This document shows, one piece after another, positions 27,024 through 40,065 of a stretch of 64,000 bases of DNA. The DNA comes from Isurus oxyrinchus (taxonomy: Eukaryota). The stretch covers positions 39,246,001-39,310,000 of the forward strand of contig JANJGN010000026.1 of assembly GCA_026770705.1 (NCBI GenBank), given 5' to 3'. Position 1 is the first letter of the stretch. Each line of letters begins with the position of its first letter. The position numbers and the translations under genes are program-made. A model generated the notes under the pieces. The model saw nothing but the letters and a program-made list of their open reading frames with translations. It was not told where the DNA came from and did no database searches.

Positions 27024-29704
27024 CTTTTCTTCTCCGCCGATGCTGCCAGACCTGCTGAGTTTTTCCAGGTAATTCTGTTTTTGTTTTGGATTTCCAGCAT
27101 CCGCAGTTTTGTTTTGTTTTTATCTATCGCAGAGATAACTGATACAGTGTCTAGATCAACACTAACTGATATGGGGCCTAGTGCAGTGATTACTGATACC
27201 AGCCTAGATTAATATAAACTGAGACAGGGCCTAGAGCAGTGGTTAATTACACAGGGTCTTGATTAATATAAAATGAAAGAGGGTCTTCTGCAGTGATTAA
27301 TGATACAGGGTCTAGGTTGAAATAAACTGAGGCAAGCCATTGTGCAGTGGTTACTGATGCAAGACCCATATAAATGTATTCTAGAACATGGGCTAGTGCA
27401 GTGATTACTGACACAGGATCTAGATCAATATAAACTGACACAGTGTCCATTGCAGTGATTATTGATACAGGGTCTCAATCAATGCAAACTGATACATTGT
27501 CTATTGCAGTGATTACTGATACATAGCCTTGATTAATGGAAACTGAGACAGGTTCCAGTGCCGTATTTAGTGATAGAGGATCTAGACTAATATAAACTGA
27601 GACAGGCTCAAGTTCAGAGATAACTGATGCAGGGCCTAGATAAATATTACCGGAAACAGGACCTACTACACTGATTATTTATCCAGAGCCTGGGTTAATA
27701 TTAACTGAGACAGGGCCTAGTGCAGTGATTACTAATACAGAGTCTAGATTGACAAATATTGAGACAGAGCATAGTACAATGATTACTGATACAGCATCTA
27801 GATTAATAAAAACTGAAAGAGGACCAGGTCCATTGATTACTGATACAGGGTCTCGAGATATTAACTGAGACAAGGTCTAGTGCAGTGATTACTTACACAG
27901 GATCTAGATTAATATAATCTGATATAGGGCCAAGTGCAGCAATTACCGAAACAGGATCTGGATTAATAGAAACTGCAGCAGGGCATTGTACAATGATTAC
28001 TGATACAGAGTCTAGATTAATAGAACCTGAGACAAAGTTCAGTGCTGTGTTTACTGATACATGGTCCTGATCAATATAAACTCAGACAATGACCAGTGGA
28101 GTGATGACTGATACAGGGTCTAAATTGATATAAACTGAGGCAGTACATAGTGCAGTGATTACTGATACAGGTCTAGGTTAGTATAACCTGGACAGGCTCT
28201 ACTGCAGTGATTACTGATATAGGGCCAAAATTAATATAAACTAACAGGATCTAGTGAGTTATTACTGATGAAGGGACTATATTAATTTTTAATGAGAAAG
28301 GGTCTAGTGCACTCATTACTAATGCAACATCTAGATTTTTATCAGCTGAGACAGGATCCAATGCAGTGATTACTGATATAGTGTTTAGATTAATAGAAAC
28401 TAATAAAAATAGAAAAGGGCCAAGTGCATTGATTACTGATACAGGCTCTAGGTTAAGATAAGCTGAGACAGGGTGTGGTGCAGTGATTACTGATCAATTA
28501 TCTGGACTAATATAAAGTGAGACAGGGCCAAGTGCAAGATTTATTTCATCGGTGGCGCCCATATCCCAAGAATGAATTAAAGTGATGCAAAATACTGTAG
28601 ATTCTGGAAATCTAAAGCAAAACAAAAAAAAAAACACACTTAGCAGGCCTGTGAGCATCAGTTCGGAGAGAAACAGATCAAATTTTCAGGTCGATGGCAG
28701 GTGCAAAATCTCCTTTGGTACCATCCTTGAGAGCAGAACTGTTCGCCCCACTATCCCATACCAATATTCATTCTTTAAGTAAAATCAAATATTATCTGGT
28801 CATTTTTCACAGCTCTATTCGTGGGATCTTGCTGTGTACAGATCACCCAATGCGTTTCCAACATTACAGCTGTGTATAAACTACTACAAAACTACGTTGA
28901 CAAGTTTTAAGGGTCGTGAGCATCATTCTATAAATGCACATTATTTCTAAATGTTAACATTTTAAAATGATAGCTGCAATATGTTGAAAACCCAGAGATT
29001 AATATGATTGTAGGTCAGTCCTCTGGCTGCCGTTTTAACTTGTCCAGTTTAAAGGGGTTAAATCTTCAATCAAATTGACATTCAATGGAATCCCAACCTG
29101 TTCAAAGATTGTGATAGTAGATCTTTTGGAATTAAATCCTTAATTTAAATGTATTTTTATTTATTTGAAATAAATAACATGTGTTCTTATGGATGTTAAA
29201 GAAGTTTCCATTCATTTTGTACCAACTGTCAATATTCTTAAAATAAAACCTTGTTTTGAGTTAAAACCAATCAATAAGTGTCTGTGTTTATCTGGTTTTG
29301 CTGCAATGAACACTTCATTGAAACCAGTGAGGCCTTTATGTAAATAAACACAGAAATAGAAGTCCCAGATTAGATTCTGGAGGGACAAAAACACAACAAA
29401 TATTTCCCCACCAACACAGAAATAGAGCCAAACATGCAAATACATCAACCGATTGCAGTAGCAATTTTTTTGGGCAATTTTTTAAATTAGTTATATGAGC
29501 ATTATGTCACGATGATATCTATGTTCAGAATTAAGATAGACTCCCACTTATCATGAAATATAATGGCATGGCAAATGTGTTTGTAGAGATTTCCTGTACC
29601 CTCTCCCTCTCTGTCTCTTTCTCTTATTTGGTTCTTTGTTTTGTCTCTCCACCATGGGTCACCAGTAGCGAGGATTTGATGCCGCAATGAAATGCCGAAG
29701 GATC

Positions 29705-30045
29705 TTTCCCTGTATCTAACCTGTGCTGTCTCGGCCTTTGGAGTATTTGATGGGACAGTGTAGACTGGGACAATTTTACTCTGAATCTAACCCGTGCTAT
29801 ACCTGCCTTACGAGTTTTCCATGTGGCAATGTAGAGGGAGCTTTATATTATTAATGTAGTCCCATGCTACACCTGACCTGGGAGTGTTTGATGGAGCCGC
29901 AGGCCCTGTCTCTGCATTACACTAGACCGTTTCTAACCGCATATAACCAGTGCTGGGAGTATTTAATGCGGCAATGTAGAGGGAGCTTTAAATTCTGTGC
30001 CTCGCCCCATGCTGCACCTGCCCTGGGAGTGTTTGATGGGACTGT
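29705..30045 (+). repeat. ~66-bp dispersed minisatellite, about 5 units
   Basis: Repeated TCTAACCCGTGCT.TACCTGCCCTGGGAGTGTTTGATGGGACAGTGTAGAGGGAGCTTTA; fragments also at about 45.36-45.55 kb. Confidence 0.75.
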
Positions 30046-30634
30046 AGGCCCGGTGTCAATATTGCACTCGACCGTGACCCTGCCCATGTTAATATTACAC
30101 TAGACCCCGTCAGTGTTTGCATTACACTAGACCCTGTCTCAGTTTATATCAAACTCATATGTTTCTGTTTATATTATACTTGACATATCTCTGTTTATAT
30201 TATACTCGATATGTCTCTGTTTATATTGCACTCGATGCTGTCTCTGTTTATAATACACTAGATGCTGCCTCTGTTTATATTACATTGGACCCTGCTTCTG
30301 TTTATATTACTCTAGATCCTGTTTTTGCTTCTATTAAACAAGGCCTTGTCTCTTTATATTACATTTGACATGTCTCTGTATATATTCATCTAGACCTGTC
30401 TCTGTATTGAAATATGCATTGTCTCAGTTCTGCGCTAGATCATGTTTGCAGTAATTCCATTAGAACCGGCCTCAGTTATTACTGCACTGCACAAGTCCAA
30501 TAATGTGGACATTGGTTGAGATGGAAATGGTGATGATCAGACATCAAGATGGTGGGAACGTTAATGATGCAAAAAAATCTTTCGAAAACAATTATCATGG
30601 GTGCCTATTTAGACGTCGTGACTTGCACTTTGTT

Positions 30635-31405
30635 GGAAGAATAGAGGCAAAGAGTATTTTCTAAATGGGAAGATAATTCAGAAACCTGGAGTGCAATGGG
30701 ACTTTGGAGTCCTAGTCCAGGATTCTCTTAAGGTTAACTTGCAGGTTGAGTCGGTAGTTAGGAAGGCAAATGCAATGTTGGAATTTATTTCGAGAGGACT
30801 AGAATATAAAAGCAGGGATGTGCTGCTGAGGCTTTATAAGCTCTGGTCAGACCACATTTAGATTATTGTGAGCAATTTTGGGCCCCATATCTCAGGAAGG
30901 ATGTACTGGCCCTGGAGAGGGTCCAGAGGAGGTTCACGAGAATGATCCCAAGAATGAAAGGCTTAACATATGAGGAAGGTTTGAGGACTCCGGGTCTATA
31001 CTCGATGGAGTTTAGAAGGATGAGAGGGATCTGATTGAAACTTACAGAATATTGAAAGACCTGGATAGAGTGGACGTGGGGAAGATGTTTCCTTTCGTAG
31101 GTGAGACTAGGCACAGCCTCGGAGTAAAAGGAAGGCCTTTTAGAACAGAGTTGAGGAGAAATGTTTTTAGCCAGAGAATGATGAATCTATGGAACTCATT
31201 GCCACAGAAGGCTGTGGAGGCCAGGTGATTGAGTGTTTTTGAGGCCGAGGTAGATAGGTTTTTGATTGGTAAGGGGATCAAAGGTTACAGGGAGAAGGTG
31301 GGAGAATGGGGTTGAGAAACTTATCAGCCATGATTGAACGGTGGAGCAGATTCGATGGGCTGAATGGCCTAATTTCTGCTCCTATGTCTTATGGTCTTAT
31401 GGTCT
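30635..31405 (+). mobile_element. CR1 LINE 3' fragment
   Basis: KANAML.FISRGLEYKSRDVLLRLY, LERVQRRFTRMIP and WNSLPQKAVEA; tail (TCTTATGG)n. Confidence 0.9.
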
Positions 31406-31814
31406 TGTTCTCCCGCATCCCAGATTTGTGTTCATAAGCCACAGATCTCTCCTTTCTTGCAGCTGTTTAAATTAAAGCATTTAACGCCTATTTCCAAGGT
31501 CTACAGCAATAAAGCAAGGGAATGCACTAATATAACATAAACAAAGGACAATAACATAAATAACAGACAGGGTCTAGTGTTACAGAAACATGGACCAAAG
31601 CAGAAATAATGAGACAGGCACAGTGTAATATGATCAGAGACATGGTGGGGTGCAGCAATATTGACTCCAGATGACCTGAAGCTGCACAGCACCAGATAAG
31701 ATAGGAGTGGAGATATCTCCTGGTCATTAACACCTATTGCCCTCCTTCAGCTGATAATTGCATTCAATCACAACCTGTAATCTCATGGACTAGAATATAT
31801 CCCTCACTGACTCC

Positions 31815-32235
31815 TTGGTGTGCACATCCACGGAGCCTGAAAGTAGCAAAACAAGTAGATGACGTGGTTAAGAAGGCATATTGGACACATAGAATGCAGG
31901 AGCAAGGAGGTTATGCTGGAACTGTATAAAACGTTGGTTAGGCCAAAACTGGAGCACTGCATGCAGTTCTGGTCACCACATTATAAGAAGGATGTGAATA
32001 CACTGAAGAGAGTGCAAAGGAGATATACCAGAATGCTGCCGGGCTGGAGGGCCTGAGCCATGATGAAAGATTGGATAGGCTGGGGCTGTTTTCCTTGGAG
32101 CAATGAAGGCTGAAAGGGGACGTGATAGAGGCGTAAAAGATTATGAGGGGCATAGATAGAGTGGATAGGAAGGCACTTTTTGACCGGCGCGGAAACGGTG
32201 GGCCGAATGGCCTCCTTCTATGTTGTAAACGTCCA
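31815..32235 (+). mobile_element. CR1 LINE fragment with internal deletion
   Basis: ORF LYKTLVRPKLEHCMQFWSPHYKKD..VQRRYTRMLPG. Confidence 0.85.
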
Positions 32236-33230
32236 TGGGTTTAACATTCAGCCCTGGGACAATGAGGAATGTAGAACCGCAGGTCAAAAACAACGCCTTC
32301 CATACCTGTGACCTCCACCTCCCAGAATAACAAGGGCAATAAGCACACGGGAACACAATGCCCTGCATCCTCCTACACATACATCTCTATAGGGGAGAAA
32401 TTGGCCTTGGGCACTTGCAAAGAAGAAGCGATATCTGAAATCTCATTCTGCTGACTGCGCTGAAGGTGAATATCAAGTGCTGCGTAGCACGTACGGCCGT
32501 TACTATACTGCCCGTTTCAGGCTACTGCCAGATGCCAATGTCCAGGCCAAGATCTTTATTTTTAATATTATCTCTCCTTCTCATAGACACATGGGGTAAT
32601 GCAGCTATAATTTAAACGCAGGCATAGATTAAAGCAAAGCACTGCTGATGCTGGAAATCTCAATTAAAAACAAAAAATGCTGGAAAAACGCAGCAGGTCT
32701 GACAGCATCTGTGGGGAGAAAAACAGAGCTAATGTTTCGAGTCCGTATGACTCTTCTTCAGTGGCATTGTAGTTACAATGACCAGGTCTGGTATAATATA
32801 GACATAGTCAAAATCGAATATAATATAAACAGAGACAGGGTCTATTTTAATATAAACAGTGACAGGGCCTAATGTAACATAAATGGAGACAGGGTCCAGT
32901 GCAATGCAAACTGAGATGGCTTCCATTGGAACATTAAGGAGATAGGGTCTATTTTAATACAAACAGAGGCCTGATCCAGCATAATAGAAATAAAGCAGTT
33001 CCCAGGACATTAATAATCGAACCAGGATCCTGTATAACATGGGAGGGACGATCGTGCAGTGGGAACGTCACTTGGTTAGTAAGCAGAGATCCAGGCCTTT
33101 TCCCTGGGAATAGAGATTTGAATCCCATTATGGCAGCATGAAGAATCGAAATTCAATTAATAAATCTGGAATTGAAAGCTCATCTCAATAATGGTGACCA
33201 TGAAACTATAATCGATTATCATAAGCATCC

Positions 33231-33862
33231 GGTCTGTCAGCATCGGCGGAGAAGAAAAGAGTTGACGTTTCGAGTCCTCATGACCCTTCAGCAGAACTGG
33301 GGAAATCCAAGGAGAAAGATGCAAAACTTTAGATCTTGATCTCCCTCCTCCATCCCCACCCTCTTTCTGTTTCTTCCCCCTTCCTTTTGTTTTTTCCAAT
33401 AATTTATATAGATTTTTCTTTTCCCACCTATTTCCATTATTTTTCCATCTTTTATGCCCCCCACTCCCACTAGAGCTGTACCTTGAGTGCCCTACCATCC
33501 ATTCTTAATTAGCACATTCGTTTAGATAATATCACCAACTTTAACACCTATGTGTTCTTTTGTTCTTTTGTCTGTGACATCTTTTGATTATCTGCTCCTT
33601 TCACTGCTTGCTTGTCCCTACAACCGCACCACCTCCCTCCACTTCTCTCCCCCCACTCCCACCCGCCCCCCACCCCTCCCCACCCCACCTTAAACCAGTT
33701 TATATTTCACCCCTCTCCTTGGATTCACCCAGTTCTGCTGAAGGGTCATGAGGACTCGAAACATCAACTCTTTTCATCTCCGCCGATGCTGCCAGACCTG
33801 CTGAGTTTTTCCAGATAATTCTGTTTTTGTTTTGGATTTCCATCGTCCGCAGTTTTTTGTTT
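33231..33862 (+). mobile_element. Short Penelope 3'-end insertion with inverted arm, nested in an HE1-like SINE
   Basis: 33335-33862 matches 26.6-27.12 kb; 33236-33315 is an inverted copy of its distal part. TSD TTATCATAA(G/A)CATCC at 33216-33230 and 33863-33877. Confidence 0.85.
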
Positions 33863-35054
33863 TTATCATAAACATCCATCTGGTTCACCGATGCCCTTTA
33901 GAGAAGGAAATCTGCTGTCCTTACCAAGTCTGGCCTACATTTATTTTCTTCATTCATGGAAATGTGAGTGGCACTGGCTTGGCCAGCATTTATTGCCCAT
34001 CCCTAATTGCCCTTGAGAACAGTGTGGCTTATTAGGCTATTTATTGCTGTGGGTCTGCAGTCACATGCAGTCCAGACCAGCTGGCATTAGTGTGAACCAC
34101 ATGGTTTTTACGACAATGGTTTCATGGTCATCATTAGATTTTTGAATTCAAATTTCATCATCTGCCGTAGGGGGATTCAAACACAGATCCCAAGCGAATT
34201 ACGAGCCAGGTGAGAATACCATTACACCACCTCCTCTCATACATATAGCTCCAGACCCACAATTTTGTGCAGCCCCATTCTCTGGCTATTTGATTAATTG
34301 CCCACCACCATTAATGACTGGATGTGACAGGACTTCAGAGGTAAAATCCAATCCGTTTGATGTGGGATCTTCCAGACTATGTGACTATGTGATATAAATA
34401 TTGGTATTGACTGGTGCAGTATTAATTAAAACAGGGTACAGTGACATATAAACAGAAACAGTGTTTGGTCTAACATAATATTAGATGGAGTCCAACTTAA
34501 AAAGTCAGAGACAGGGACAAGTGCAGCGTTAATTTAGACAATGCGTGCTTCGTAGAATGGATCCTTCAAGATTTCAAATCCATCTGCTGGCCAAACTTCG
34601 CAATTGCAGCTCCTGTGAAAATGTCGCTGTTAGGTTCGATCTTTGACATTATTGTGTCAAGAGTCCACTTCCTCAGATGTGATAACACATCACCTTCTGC
34701 GGGAGGTGTCAAAATTTAACACAATTCAACTAATTGCAGATGAACGTGGTTGATTAGCGCACGTTAAAGTCAGCACTAGAGTAAAGCGGCCCAATTCCTG
34801 GTAATGTAACTTTGTTCATCTTGACTATAGGGAGGGATGTTGACCAGGGAGCTGTATAGAGATCATGGGAACTTTAATGTCCACCTCAACAAACATAGTG
34901 TTGGGGAGAGTTATTGGTTCATGATACCACCTGATAGTTAGGGTAATTTTCTTCAATAGCTACGTGCTCCGGAGCCTCCCAGGAAGTCAAGGTGCTATCT
35001 TAATTTGAAGCAGAAGATGCCATTTTGGTTTGTGTGTGAGGGAGAGAGGCGGAG

Positions 35055-36630
35055 ACGCACATCAAATTGTTTGCAACTGAATTTCACGAAGATCGTGGAC
35101 AACCTTCCATCGATGAAAGGTCACAGACACACAATGGAAACAAACCCATTTCAGATGTGCTGATGGCTGAGGAGGCCAATTGTGAGGCAGGTTCTGCTGG
35201 AAGTGCTGCACATGAAGCTACAAATGTCGTTGTGGGGTTTTTTTTCCGGTGATGACCTCGATTGCCAAGCTGCTGTAGCCACTGGTCATTGTGCTGGTTC
35301 ACGCCAACTCACAGGAGGTGTCGCCATTTTCCTCATTCATCAGTTTGTTACACTCAGTTGTGATAATCGATATTTAGGGCCTTCACTTCAAGCATCCTTG
35401 AAGTGGAGCTTTGGGTGTCCCACTGGTTGTCTGCCTCCGGCTACCTCACTATACGGAAAGTCCTTGTGCATGTGACCATCTTCCATCCTATGTACGTTGC
35501 CAAGCCACCAGCACCATCTCTGTTGCATGAGCTCTACCATCTTAGGAGCTCCGCCTTTGAGAGTACTACTGCATTTATGACTTTATCCTGCCAGTACATA
35601 ACCATAATGCGCATCAGGTAGTGAAAATGGAAATTGTAGAGCTTCTTTTCTTGATAACTGTGAGTGGTCCATGTTTCACAGCCATAAAGCAAGGTGCTGA
35701 GAGCACAGGCCTTATAAACCATCAGCTTGGCCCTAAGGGTCAGTTTGATGTTATTCCAGGGGCATTTCAGAGTCAGCCATGAATAGCAGCTGCTTTCCCC
35801 ATGCGGGTATCAAGTTCTGCAGCAAGAAACAGGCTTCCTGTCACCGTGGAACCCAGTGAGCAGAATTTACTTCCATCTGAGTGGTAATTAGTGTGATCAA
35901 TGGCGTAAATGCAAAACCTTGTCCCATGACCAGGGTTTCCTTCATGCTTATAGTCAGGGAGAACAAGTTACAGACATGGGAGAGTCAGTTCATCAGACTT
36001 TGTGGATGAGTTTCCTTTTTGATGACCAAGTTATCAGCTTCGAGCAATTCTTTGATCAGGATTCAATGTGTTTTTGTCTTCGCTTTCAGTCTTCTAGATT
36101 GTGGGGCTTGCAGTCTGACTGGGTGTGTGAGTAGACTCCTTGTATATCTACAAGGAAGGCAAAGATCAGCAGCGTGGAGAAGAAGATGCTAAACAGAATG
36201 GGGGCTAGGACACAGGCCTGTTTCATTCCATTCTTCACTCCGAATCTGTCAGAAGTGGAATCCTTAATCTGCACAGTGCAATGCATGTTGTCATGGAAGG
36301 AGTGAATGAGACTGAGGAGCTTTGGATGGCAGCCAATTTTCCACAAAATCTTGTAGGGTCCTGTTCTGCTGGTGGTGTCGAGCGTATGGAGCAGATCATT
36401 TCCAGGGTATACCTTCCGACACAAACACTACACTGTGCTTCGGCCTACACGTAGATGAAGTCTTTAAAGTCTGATCTGAGCAAAGGCCTTCCCCGTGACT
36501 CAATGAGTGAGATATTCCTGTAGTTGTTGCAGTCTCACCTGTTGGTTTTGTTTTCAGATAGTGCAATGATTATGATGTTCTTCACCTCCTTCAGAACGGA
36601 TCTTAACTTTCAGCAGAGGAGGAGAAGGTC
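35055..36630 (-). mobile_element. RTE-clade LINE fragment, degraded
   Basis: VYKAC.LSTLLYGCETWT and KLLSLIHSFHDNM..GVKNGMKQACVLAPILFSIFF (RTE RT motifs). Confidence 0.85.
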
Positions 36631-36649
36631 GTAAAGGCTGAGAAACATA

Positions 36650-36992
36650 CATAATTATATATACCAATTATTATCAATTCACGAAGGTAAATAATTATAT
36701 TGACGAATTACCATCAATTCACAAAGATAAATAATTATATTCACCAATTGGCATCAATTCACAAAGATAAATAATTATATTCACCAATTATTATCCATGC
36801 ACAAAAATAAATAATTATATTCAACAACTATCATCAATTCACAAAGATAAATAGTTACATTCACCAATTATCATCAACTCACAAAGATAAATAGTTACAT
36901 TCACCAATTATCATCAACTCACAAAGATAAATAATTATATTCATCAATTATCATCCATTCACAAAAATAAATAATTGCATTAACCAATTATT
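36650..36992 (+). repeat. 40-bp AT-rich tandem repeat, about 8 units
   Basis: ACAAAGATAAATAATTATATTCACCAATTATCATCAATTC recurs at exact 40-bp spacing (36681, 36721 ... 36961). Confidence 0.95.
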
Positions 36993-37859
36993 TTCAGTAT
37001 TTTATTTCATATAAAATGTAATTGCAGTTCATGTAATATCATTGACATTGATTGAGATCACATTGACCATTCTGTCAGCATGGAATCACATCTCTCCCAG
37101 AATTCAGTGAGAAATGAAATTAAATCAGACTGAGGATAATGAGCAGCTACTCAGCAGCCTCTGCGCTTTATTGACAAGTAATCACCTCATCATCACACAG
37201 AAACTCCTGATATATAACTGGAGTGTGTGAGCATTTGGAAAGTGATGGTATGAAAAAGGCTACCTGGTCCTGACGTTAGTTGATAAATATTTAAATCCAG
37301 ATTTGTCATTTCCCTCGTCTGGAAGGTAAGGAAACATTTGCGGCACTCCATTGCGTTTCACACTATTTCTCTTTCCACAGTAATAGTGTTTAGTTTGTTA
37401 CATTCATTAATTTGGGTGAGGATATGTTGAATGTTTTGTTGTACATGAAAGGACCACATGTTGCAAATATTACAATCCTCCACTCTAATCCATATCATGT
37501 ACCCACTTTCTGTGTTAAAGATGATGATTGCCCAACAGCAGGGAAGAATCACCAGTGCCACAGGGACGTCTCCAGCCTTTTGTTGGTGACGTTCAGCTCG
37601 TTAGTTCCCGATAGGCAGGGGATGGAATTCATCCAGAAAATCTGAAAGGACTGAAGATATTAGACTGACACAAATTAAATACAAGACCAGCTTCAAGATA
37701 TGAAGTGGTCAAGCACAAAGATGAGAAAGTAGGACAACATCTTTCAGGTGCATCTATGGATACATCGATCAATTCACTCACTGATTCCTTCATGAAAATA
37801 TTCAGGCATCCAACCACCATTCATTCCTGCACACTGCAGTCATCCCTCTATTTTTGGTA

Positions 37860-38235
37860 GACGGTTGTGTTGCATTAACGTCACTGGACTCGTAACCCAG
37901 ACCCAAGCTATTCACGAATTCAAATCCCATTATGGCAGCTGGTGGAATTTAAATTCAGTTAGAAATCTGGGATTGAAAACTGGTCCCAGAGAAGGGCACC
38001 ATGAAACTATCATCGATTGTGGAAAAAAGTCATCTGATTCACTAATGTCCTTTAGGAAAGGAAATCTGCCACTGTACCTAATCTGGCCTAAATGCGAGTC
38101 CAGATCCACAGCAATATGGTAGACTCTAGCTGCCCTCTGAAATGGTTTCGCAAGACACTAAGCTCAAGAGCAATTAGGGAAAGGCAACAAATGCTGGCCT
38201 TGCTAGTGACTCTCCCATCCCGTGAAAGGGTAAAA
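37860..38235 (+). mobile_element. HE1-like tRNA-derived SINE
   Basis: B-box-like TTCAAATCCC, core ACCATGAAACTATCATCGATTG..GAAAGGAAATCTGCC, and a LINE-shared 3' tail. Confidence 0.7.
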
Positions 38236-39974
38236 GGGCAAAAAAATCACACAATCACACCTAATTTTCTATTTCCAAATTTTCATCTCTCTGAGTCCTA
38301 TCTGATAGTCCGCCTGTAATTCTTTCTATCTATCCATCCATCCATCACAATATTATGATGTGTTGGAGAGGTCCTCCAATAAGCTTTTAATGCTAACAGG
38401 GTGTCAGAGAAGCTGGATAAGTTTTCTTTCCTAGGAGATGGAATAGTTCACATAGGTTCACAACTTAAAAAAATAAAACTGACTTCAGTGCTGTTGCTGG
38501 GTAGATTTGTTATAAATAGGCCTTATTGACAATGTTAAGTGCTTGCAGTTGGCTTGCAACCAAGCGGTCAGTACTGAGGAAACAGATCTTTCATTGACTG
38601 CACAAACCCCCCAGATGCTTCCTGTAAATAACATTGGACATTCGAGCCTCCCTGACTGCAGCCGACTGGCTTGCTGCCAAATACTCTGTGGGGCAGATTA
38701 GCCTGGATATGAATCAACAAAATGGGATTTAGCAATTCAAATAATATTGCTTTCAGTCACACACGGAATACACATTTTAACTGGCATTTCATCCAAGGAA
38801 ATATTTTAATGAATGCCGTGTTCACTGAGATTAAACGCAATCAAAAAATATTAAATTGACCATATACTAATTAATTTATATTATTTCGAAGTAAAGGGCA
38901 TTCCAGTTATTAAAGCATGTTCATTAAGAACTTCGTGAAGTGCGAGAGGGCGATGTTGATGGTCACAATGTCCCAGTCCAATGAGACGAGTGCAATAGCA
39001 AAAATTAAAAAGAAAGTAAATTAAAATAAACTTGCTGAATTGCCTTAAAGCCGCAGGAATTCGTGAATATTCTCAGAGTTGTGCGCCTCATTTTATCTGA
39101 GGCGCCTCTTATTCCTGATTAGCACCGTGTACTGTACAGTTTAATTTGTGCTGATTTCTATTATTTAACAGTGCCTCTCATAGCTGCCAATGAATGGAGA
39201 AATGACCAGTTCATGACCCGCTTCAGTGGAAGATAAAACATTTATTCTTGTGATATTGTGTAATATGCCGCAAAGTCCTAATATCCTGTGTTCCCCATAC
39301 CAGGGAATGATAGACAGCCGGTGGCCAATAGAATTACCTATAATGATTTGGATGCTGATCGGATTTGCTGATCTCCGTGTCCATTCTATTCATTAGCTTC
39401 TCTGTCAAAAGTTGATGTAAATTTTATGTTTCTCTGTAAACGTACTGTTTAAATATCAGGGTGGCGGTCTTCTTTTTCCGCTAATTTTCACAGGGCTATC
39501 TTAGGTCAGGGGTTATTCGAGGAATGTAAGGAGAGACATTGCGTAATATGAGCAGATTCGTCTTATCTCTGGACCCAAACTGTATGGCGATAGCCACCCA
39601 TTTTGAAAATAATATCACTTTGTTCATCCCCCGCATTTAGCTACATAAATCAATAATAATTCCTCTGACTAATGATACTTTATTACTGTAATGAGACAGA
39701 GACCCGGAGTTGCTGCAAAACAGACTGACAGCCCTGATAATATAACTTATTTTTTTAGATTCAACCCGCTGTGAAGTAGTGTAGAAATAAATGGGCTTAT
39801 TTTACATTTGAATTAGTCATTTTTATGAACTGATTCTAAGCTACAATTCCACCATTAGAGCCAATGGAGACATTACAATAAATCCATTCAGTCAAATATC
39901 CCGATACAGATAAAATGTCCACTTTTAACAATAATCTATTGTAAATATCTGAGTCCATTCTGTTGGGGATGTGG

Positions 39975-40065
39975 AAGGTGGGGCGTGGATCCAGTCGCCG
40001 CCTCCACCAGGGAATCAACAGGCGGCGCCTGGAAACCCGCCCCCTTCTGCCGGGTATTTAAATGC
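39975..40065 (+). promoter_or_regulatory. VH promoter: TATA-like box plus GC boxes
   Basis: TATTTAAAT at 40055-40063, about 90 bp 5' of the leader ATG. GC boxes GGGGCGTGG (~39980) and CCGCCCCC (~40037). No perfect octamer seen. Confidence 0.65.

Larger units (their letters stand above)
24188..27122 (+). mobile_element. Young Penelope-like retroelement insertion: inverted 3' arm plus 5'-truncated forward copy
   Basis: 24188-~24800 is the reverse complement of ~26085-26698. The insertion is flanked by the direct repeat TCTATCGCAGAGAT (24174-24187 and 27123-27136). Confidence 0.93.
18420..28540. repeat. 54-bp (2 x 27-bp) satellite array, interrupted by a Penelope insertion
   Basis: Consensus AGTGCAGTGATTACTGATACAGGGTCT + AGATTAATATAAACTGAGACAGGGCCT repeated over about 7 kb. 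Degraded blocks also occur near 7.95-8.12, 9.82-10.1, 15.55-15.78, 16.47-17.03, 30.05-30.49, 31.55-31.7, 32.76-33.0 and 34.4-34.54 kb. Confidence 0.95.

Noticed and set aside
18420-28540. CRISPR-like array
   Set aside because: Contiguous tandem units with no unique spacers, no cas genes, and a vertebrate context.
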